Shown: positions 25,631 through 32,000 of the stretch, piece by piece
Layout: every line of letters begins with the position of its first letter
How positions within the stretch are numbered: the first letter of the stretch is position 1
Source of the DNA: Planctomycetales bacterium
Lineage (GTDB): Bacteria > 4484-113 > JAFGCY01
Length of the DNA: 32,000 bases
Assembly (NCBI GenBank): GCA_022646745.1
Contig: CP060262.1
Location: forward strand, 3,600,001-3,632,000
Direction of reading: 5' to 3'
Made by a program: the position numbers and the translations under genes
The notes under the pieces: generated by a model
The model's database searches: none
Seen by the model: only the letters and a program-made list of their open reading frames with translations
Told to the model about the DNA's origin: nothing

Positions 25631-28600
25631 TCACACCGGTGCATAGCTCGCGGGCTTGCTGCCCTTGCGGCGGCCGCCCTCGGCATCGTCGGCAACGAGG
25701 CGGTCCAGCTCATCGAGGCGCAGGAGCTTCAGCTCCTGGATTGACAATGTGCAGGTGCCGAACTGCTCCTCCACCTTGCCGGTGATCAAAAACGGCCCGG
25801 TGTAGCGCGTGAGCGGGGCGTAGCGGGCGTACTTGTCAGCGCGCAGGGTGCATTCGAAGGTGCCGGTCAGGTCCTCCATGCTCATGAACTTCATCGAGTT
25901 GCCGGGCCCGATGAATCCTCCCATCGTATGCGAGTCCGTCCCGCGGTTGCGGGACGGTGAGGTACCAGGGACCTGGGACCCGGGACCGGAAGAGGTTTCG
26001 GGTTTCGGGTTTCGGGTTTCGGTACCCGTAGCGGCGGCTTCCAGCCGCCGTCCGGCAGTTGCCGGTAGTGAGTTGTCAGTTTCAGCAAATCCATGGGATT
26101 GGCCTCCTGTCAGGCCATGGGCCTGACCTCCTACTCCCTCCTGACTCTTGCCAGTTCCCCGTTCCCCGTTCCCTGTTCCATCCCCGCGGCCCACGGCCCA
26201 GTCGTCGGTCATGCCGCCGCGCCTGACCAGGCCGAGGTCGGCCGCTGTGTCATTCAGCTCGTAGTCCTCGTCGCCACCGATGCCGCTCACGCTCAGTTCA
26301 TCCTCGTCGGCGGTGTACTGCTCCGGGTCATCATGGTTGGCAGCCTGCAGCTCGATCATGTCCTGCACCTGCCGGCGGCGCGAGAGGTCGACGCGCTTGG
26401 TGGCGATGCACCAGCCGAGCATCCGCACCCAGCGCCCGGCGTAGCGCGGCATCTCGCGGGCGTCGACAAGCCCGCTGACGAGGTTGGCATACAGGCTCAG
26501 GGGGTGGCGGCGCACCAGCATGCCGTAATGCTTCAGCTCGAGCGCGCAGAGCTTCAGCTCGTCGTAGTCATCGAGCCGTCCGGCCATGCGGCGGCGGAAC
26601 TCCTCAAGGCGAGCCGTCTCGTCGAATGGCAACTGGGAGGTTACTGGTTGCTGGTTGCTGGTTGCTGGTACTCCGGCAGCCGGCCCGTTTGACATCCCCA
26701 CCCGTGGATCTCCTTCGTCGATCCCCTCCCGGGATGTCCGGCTGCCAGGATAGGGATCAGAGATGCGGGATGCGGGATGAGCATTCCTGACACGCTCATT
26801 GCTCATTGCTCCCTGCTCATTGCCGGAGGAGTAATTGTCAGCTTCAGGGCTGACCTCCGTTCCATGGTCCCCGATCCCCGGTCCCCGGTCCCTGACCCGT
26901 CGCTTCGGCGTCGAATGCCGCAGTCCCGCTTTCCTCTCCTGCTGGGCCAGCCAGAGCAGCTCCGGGCGGCTCATGCCGAGGCTGTCCAGCGCCCCGGCCA
27001 GAACCAGCAGGTCGAGCTCCGACTCCGAGGGCCCGCAGCGGCGGATGAAGTCCGGCAGGCTGCGGAAGGGGCCATGCCCGCGGGCGGAAACGATGCGCTC
27101 GGTGATGGCAATCGGCAGGCCCTTGATGACTACGAGGGGCAGACGGATTGAGGAGCTTGGAGGTTGGAGTGTGGAGGTTGGAGCAGATGAGGGACCAGGG
27201 ACCCGGGACCCGGGACCAGAAGAGATTGGAGCTTGGAGGTTTGAGGTTGCAGTAGCGGCGGCTTCCAGCCGCCGGCTGGAGGGATGAGCAGTCCCGCCAC
27301 GCTCCTTGCTCATTGCTGCCTGCTCATTGCTCTGTGTCCTCTGTGCCTCTGTGGTTGACAATATGTGTTGTGCGGCTTGCACCGCACCTCCATCCTGGTC
27401 CCCGGTCCCCGATCCCTGATCCCTGTTGTCAGCCTCACGGCTGGGCTCCGCTGCCAATCCATGGGATTGGCCTCCTGTCAGGCCACGGGCCTGACCTCCT
27501 TCTCCCATCCCACATCCCCCATCCCGCATCCCGCATTCCGCACTGTAGTTCAGCCCCGAATGGTTGACATCCGGTGGCAGGATCGACAGGCCGAGTCGCT
27601 CGCATTCACTGATGTAGGCCCGCGCGCCGTAGAAGCCGCCGCCGTTGTCAAGCACCGCCGCCATGAACTGCGCCGGGTAGTGCGCCTTCAGCCAGGCCAC
27701 CTGGTAGCTCAGCGTGGCGAAGCTCGCCGAATGCGCCTTGCAGAAGCTGTAGCCGCTGAAGCTCGCCAGCTGCCGCCAGATCTCCAGCGCACTCGCCGTA
27801 TCCATCCCGCGCGCCTCGCAGCCGCTGACGAACTTCTCGCCCAGCGCCAGCATGCCGTCATGACGGTGCGGCTTGCTCATCACGCGGCGCATCAGGTCGG
27901 CATCGCTGCGTGACAACCCGGCCAGCTCATGCGCCACGCGGATCACATCCTCCTGGTAGATCATCACCCCATGCGTCTCCGGCAGCAGCTCCAGCATGCG
28001 CGGATGCGTGCGCAGCTCATGACGCGCCCCGTTCACACGGCGGATGTACTCCTGCATCATCCCGCTCTCCGCCACGCCAGGGCGGATCACGCTGGATGCC
28101 GCCGTCAGGCCGAGGAAGTCGCGCACGCCCAGCCGCTTCAGCAGCTGGCGCATGGCCGGGCTTTCGATGTAGAAGCAGCCCATCGTTTCGCCATGCCTGA
28201 CGAGCGCGTTCGTGGCCGGGTCCTGCGAGACCTGCTCGTGGTCCGTCAGGTCCGGCTTCAGGCCCTGTTCCCTGAGCGTTGCCAGGGTGTCCTCCAGCAC
28301 GCCGAGGCTGCGGTTGCCCAAGAGGTCGATCTTGATCAGCCCGACGGCCTCCACCGGGTGCATGTCGTACTGCGTGACGACGAAGCCCTTGGCGGCGCGC
28401 TGCAGACCGGTGAAGTAGTCCACATGGTTCGGCGCGATCACGATCCCGCCGCAGTGGATGCCGAGGTGCCGTGGCCGTCCGGCGAGCCGCGTTGCCAGCG
28501 GCAGCACGTGGCAGTATGGTTCGCTGTGCAGGTCCACGCCGCGCATCTCCGGGAAGTCGCGCACCACGCTGTCCAGCCCCGAGGCGCGGATGTTCGGCAG

Positions 28601-29908
28601 GAAGCGGCTGATGGTGCTGATCTCGCGGTCGCCGAGGCCATAGACCTTGGCAACCTCGCGCAGGGCCGAGCGTGCGCGGAAGGTCACGTGCGTGCTGATC
28701 ATGGCGACACGCTCATGGCCCCAGCGGTCGTAGACGTACTGCACGATCTCATCGCGCCGCCGCCAGTTGAAGTCGATGTCGATGTCCGGCGGGCTCTTGC
28801 GCGCCGGGTTGAGGAAGCGCTCGAAGTACATGTCGTAGCGGATCGGATCCACCGGTGTGAGGCCCAAAAGCCAGCTCACGAGCGAGTTGGCGGCCGAACC
28901 GCGCCCGAGGCAGGGGATGCGGCGGCGGCGGGACTCGCGCACGATGTCGTACACAGCGAGGAAGTAGCTGGTGTAGCCCAGCCGGTCGATCGCACCGAGC
29001 TCCATCTCGAGGCGCGCGAGGTACTCCTCCGTGGGGTGGCCGAACTTCAGGTCCAGGCTGCGGCGGCACAGGCCATGCAGCGCACGCGCCGGGTCGCCAC
29101 CGCCGGGCAGTTCGTAATGCGGGAACAGCCACTTGCCGTACTCGAACTCCACGTTCGTGGCCATTGCCAGCTTGCGGGCGTTGTCAAGCGCCTGCGGGCA
29201 GTCGTAGTAGTAGCCGCCCAGTTCCGTCGGTGCGCCGAGGTAGTGCCAGTTGCGGCGCACGCCGCGCGCAGTGTCCATCCCGCTGTTCTGCCCGATCGCG
29301 CGCAGCACGTGGTGCACCGGCTGGTCCTGCGGTCGCAGGAAGTGCACGTCGGTGCAGGCCACCGGGTGCAGCTTCAGCTCGCGGGCCAGCTTGAGCTGGC
29401 GGATCTGGCGCGCGCGCAGCTGCTCGCCGTAGTCCGGGGAGCAGCGCATGAACACGCGGTTGGGGCCAAGGCGCTTGAGCAGGATGCGCAGCAGCTCGTC
29501 GCGGTCACTGATGATCCAGCAGTGCTCGGTGTTGCCAAGCAGGGCGCGGGCCAGGTTGAACTGCGGGTCAAGCTGCCTGAGCGTGGCCAGCCGGCACAGC
29601 TCGCCGTAGCCGTCACGGTCGCGCGCGATCACCAGTGCGGCGGAGGCAGTCGGATCGGCGATGCCGGCCTCCAGCGAACGCCGCCCGGCCTGGGCCTTCA
29701 GTTCCTGCGGGTCGGTGAGGCTGATGCCGAGGACGGGGTGGATGCCGCACTTCAGGGCTGCGCGGTGGAAATGCAGCAGGCCATAGCAGCCGTCGGTATC
29801 GGCGATGCCGAAGGCCTCGAAGCCCAGCTCCGCCGCCTGCACGCAGAGATCCTCGGGGGCGCTGACCCCGTCATGGAAGCTGTACCAGCTGTGCGCGTCG
29901 AGATGCAC
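25631..29908 (-). CDS. dnaE2: DnaE2-type (error-prone, ImuC-like) DNA polymerase III alpha-subunit homologue with three in-frame insertions
   Basis: 1425 aa, GTG start. N-terminal PHP domain (HLDAHSWYSFHDGVS...IADTDGCYG), palm/fingers motifs (...PDIDIDFNWRRRDEI..., ...HCGGIVIAP..., ...GLIKIDLLGNRSL..., ...FCKAHSASFA...), and a C-terminal OB-fold region (...MKFMSMEDLTGTFECTL...). Removing the ~390 inserted codons leaves ~1035 aa, within the size range I recall for DnaE2. Confidence 0.85.
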   Translation of the reverse strand: MHLDAHSWYSFHDGVSAPEDLCVQAAELGFEAFGIADTDGCYGLLHFHRAALKCGIHPVLGISLTDPQELKAQAGRRSLEAGIADPTASAALVIARDRDGYGELCRLATLRQLDPQFNLARALLGNTEHCWIISDRDELLRILLKRLGPNRVFMRCSPDYGEQLRARQIRQLKLARELKLHPVACTDVHFLRPQDQPVHHVLRAIGQNSGMDTARGVRRNWHYLGAPTELGGYYYDCPQALDNARKLAMATNVEFEYGKWLFPHYELPGGGDPARALHGLCRRSLDLKFGHPTEEYLARLEMELGAIDRLGYTSYFLAVYDIVRESRRRRIPCLGRGSAANSLVSWLLGLTPVDPIRYDMYFERFLNPARKSPPDIDIDFNWRRRDEIVQYVYDRWGHERVAMISTHVTFRARSALREVAKVYGLGDREISTISRFLPNIRASGLDSVVRDFPEMRGVDLHSEPYCHVLPLATRLAGRPRHLGIHCGGIVIAPNHVDYFTGLQRAAKGFVVTQYDMHPVEAVGLIKIDLLGNRSLGVLEDTLATLREQGLKPDLTDHEQVSQDPATNALVRHGETMGCFYIESPAMRQLLKRLGVRDFLGLTAASSVIRPGVAESGMMQEYIRRVNGARHELRTHPRMLELLPETHGVMIYQEDVIRVAHELAGLSRSDADLMRRVMSKPHRHDGMLALGEKFVSGCEARGMDTASALEIWRQLASFSGYSFCKAHSASFATLSYQVAWLKAHYPAQFMAAVLDNGGGFYGARAYISECERLGLSILPPDVNHSGLNYSAECGMRDGGCGMGEGGQARGLTGGQSHGLAAEPSREADNRDQGSGTGDQDGGAVQAAQHILSTTEAQRTQSNEQAAMSKERGGTAHPSSRRLEAAATATSNLQAPISSGPGSRVPGPSSAPTSTLQPPSSSIRLPLVVIKGLPIAITERIVSARGHGPFRSLPDFIRRCGPSESELDLLVLAGALDSLGMSRPELLWLAQQERKAGLRHSTPKRRVRDRGPGIGDHGTEVSPEADNYSSGNEQGAMSNERVRNAHPASRISDPYPGSRTSREGIDEGDPRVGMSNGPAAGVPATSNQQPVTSQLPFDETARLEEFRRRMAGRLDDYDELKLCALELKHYGMLVRRHPLSLYANLVSGLVDAREMPRYAGRWVRMLGWCIATKRVDLSRRRQVQDMIELQAANHDDPEQYTADEDELSVSGIGGDEDYELNDTAADLGLVRRGGMTDDWAVGRGDGTGNGERGTGKSQEGVGGQAHGLTGGQSHGFAETDNSLPATAGRRLEAAATGTETRNPKPETSSGPGSQVPGTSPSRNRGTDSHTMGGFIGPGNSMKFMSMEDLTGTFECTLRADKYARYAPLTRYTGPFLITGKVEEQFGTCTLSIQELKLLRLDELDRLVADDAEGGRRKGSKPASYAPV
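25900..26390. repeat. dnaE2 in-frame insertion 3 (inside the OB-fold loop); modular repeats at 25935-26179
   Basis: Modules in order: hairpin CCGTCCCGC-GGTT-GCGGGACGG; GGGACC tract 25966-25989; (GGGTTTC)4 25994-26022; 23-nt GTAGCGGCGGCTTCCAGCCGCCG 26028-26050; half-element (hairpins C+D) 26085-26131; (GTTCCCC)3 26154-26179. Boundaries are approximate. Confidence 0.75.
26635..26925. repeat. dnaE2 in-frame insertion 2 (linker before the OB fold)
   Basis: Modules in order: (GGTTGCT)n 26639-26668; long hairpin GGCAGCCGG...CCGGCTGCC; (GATGCGG)n 26762-26782; 51-nt module 26774-26824; hairpin GTCAGC-TTCAGG-GCTGAC flanked by GGAGG/CCTCC; (GGTCCCC)n 26867-26898. Boundaries are approximate. Confidence 0.75.
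27149..27540. repeat. dnaE2 in-frame insertion 1 (between ...DVNHSGLNYSAE and IRLPLVVIKGL...)
   Basis: Modules in order: GGAGNTTGGAGGTT tracts 27152-27184 and 27226-27250; GGGACC tract 27191-27218; 23-nt GTAGCGGCGGCTTCCAGCCGCCG 27252-27274; 51-nt module 27281-27331; CTCTGTG repeats; hairpin GTGCGG-CTTGCA-CCGCAC; inverted GGTCCCC tract 27397-27425; half-element 27453-27499; CATCCC tract 27506-27540. Confidence 0.8.
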
Positions 29909-29957
29909 GGCTCAGCCCCGCCTTGCCCCGGGGGCCGGCCCCTCCGCCGTCCTCTTA

Positions 29958-29996
29958 TACACATGTGTAGTATAACAGAAAGACTATACGTGTGTT
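29958..29996 (-). promoter_or_regulatory. Putative dnaE2 promoter with two operator-like sites
   Basis: Perfect 12-bp palindrome TACACATGTGTA (29958-29969) abuts a -10-like TATACT (minus strand, 29969-29974). A 16-nt spacer separates it from a -35-like AACACA (29991-29996), which lies within the degenerate site AACACACGTATA (29985-29996). It aligns position for position with the dinB upstream region. Confidence 0.45.
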
Positions 29997-30006
29997 TATT
30001 GCGTAG

Positions 30007-30057
30007 GGCAGCACCTCTGCGTGCTGCCAAAGAATGGCAGGGCGTGGAAGCCCTGCC
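30007..30057 (-). terminator. Twin perfect hairpins downstream of the lyase gene (possible terminator or REP-like pair)
   Basis: GGCAGCAC-CTCTGC-GTGCTGCC (30007-30028) and GGCAGGGC-GTGGAA-GCCCTGCC (30036-30057), each with an 8-bp stem and 6-nt loop. They lie 50-100 nt after the stop at 30107. On the minus strand only a weak TTCTTT run follows the first hairpin. Confidence 0.3.
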
Positions 30058-30106
30058 CTACATTATTCATTTCACCGCCGGCAATACCCCGAGCCTCCCC
30101 GCTCCC

Positions 30107-31558
<1,452 letters not shown>

Positions 31559-31574
31559 TCAAATTACCAATTAC

Positions 31575-31598
31575 TGATATCACCTATATGATATCACC
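31575..31598. promoter_or_regulatory. Tandem 10-bp repeat TGATATCACC x2 (each containing the 8-bp palindrome TGATATCA) upstream of the lyase gene
   Basis: TGATATCACC-TATA-TGATATCACC, 14-bp period, 26-49 nt upstream of the ATG at 31549. Confidence 0.35.
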
Positions 31599-31657
31599 GT
31601 TTTGCAATCAGGCACCTACATGAGAATTGTGTAATTCCCCTAAAACGGGCAAACAGC

Positions 31658-32000
31658 TTAATGTTTGCGCGTATGCAGCAGGTTCGGCTTGCCCTCGCTG
31701 GCCAGCCTCTCCTGGATTTCCCAGTAACTCTTGCGGCTGGAGCTGTAGAAGCTGATCCCGTAAAGGCTGTTATATGGCACACGGGCCCACTCACGGTTCT
31801 CGGCATAGATCACCGGATCGTTGAACTCCAGTTCCAGCCCTTCCCCACCCATCAGGTACATGTTGAATGACTGCAGGCCGATCCGCAGGTCCTCAAAGGA
31901 TGTGTACTCCGGCGGGCAGATCTCAAAGAAGATGTCACCAGGTCCGAGTTGTGTGATGTCCGTACTGACAACCAGCGGTTGCCACTCATTCAGCGGGTTG
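31658..32000 (-). CDS. hypothetical protein, C-terminal 113 codons (5' end outside the window)
   Basis: My translation of the minus strand in the frame of ORF 31658-31861 stays open to the window edge (NPLNEWQPLVVSTDITQLGPGDIFFEICPPEYTSFEDLRIGLQSFNMYLMGGEGLELEFNDPVIYAENREW...). I recognise no family. Confidence 0.45.
   Translation of the reverse strand, partial: NPLNEWQPLVVSTDITQLGPGDIFFEICPPEYTSFEDLRIGLQSFNMYLMGGEGLELEFNDPVIYAENREWARVPYNSLYGISFYSSSRKSYWEIQERLASEGKPNLLHTRKH

Noticed and set aside
25935-27540. CRISPR array or inteins as the explanation for the repeats and extra length in dnaE2 (and the long nrdJ)
   Set aside because: The repeat units are 6-7 nt tandem tracts and 19-nt hairpins, not 25-40-nt repeats separated by unique spacers, and there are no cas genes. 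The inserted peptides are low-complexity and lack intein splicing blocks (no N-terminal Cys/Ser with a C-terminal His-Asn plus nucleophile, and no endonuclease motifs).

Overview
This is a high-GC bacterial chromosomal segment; spot counts of core genes give roughly 58-65% GC. The left 13.6 kb is all on the minus strand. It holds the start of a nuo operon (nuoA-B-C-D), preceded by a compact dcw cell-wall/division cluster, mraZ-rsmH-ftsL-ftsI-murE-murF-mraY-murD-ftsW, that stops at ftsW. The middle holds an FAD-dependent oxidoreductase and a long-form class II (B12-dependent) ribonucleotide reductase, nrdJ, whose upstream region carries a cluster of DnaA boxes. The right 13 kb looks mosaic or accessory and contains six notable parts. 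(1) A lower-GC lipoprotein gene (FN3 + 2 PKD + Asp-box propeller) is bracketed by a duplicated copy of the last ~26 nt of nrdJ. (2) A VOC/glyoxalase-family gene follows. (3) dinB comes next. (4) A GH114-like lipoprotein gene is flanked by two copies of a 118-bp nested-palindrome (MITE/REP-like) element. (5) An oversized dnaE2-type polymerase gene (1425 codons) carries three in-frame insertions built from the same element family plus heptamer tandem-repeat modules. (6) A tyrosine phenol-lyase/tryptophanase homologue is interrupted by one in-frame TGA at a position I recall as a conserved Trp. dinB and dnaE2 share a conserved promoter/operator layout around a TACACATGTGTA palindrome, which is a candidate SOS-type operator. 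The most unusual signal is the modular palindrome/heptamer-repeat element family, which occupies both intergenic DNA and the dnaE2 coding sequence without breaking the frame. I recognised no rRNA, tRNA, CRISPR array, transposase or integrase. All homology calls come from reading the translations by eye; no searches were run.
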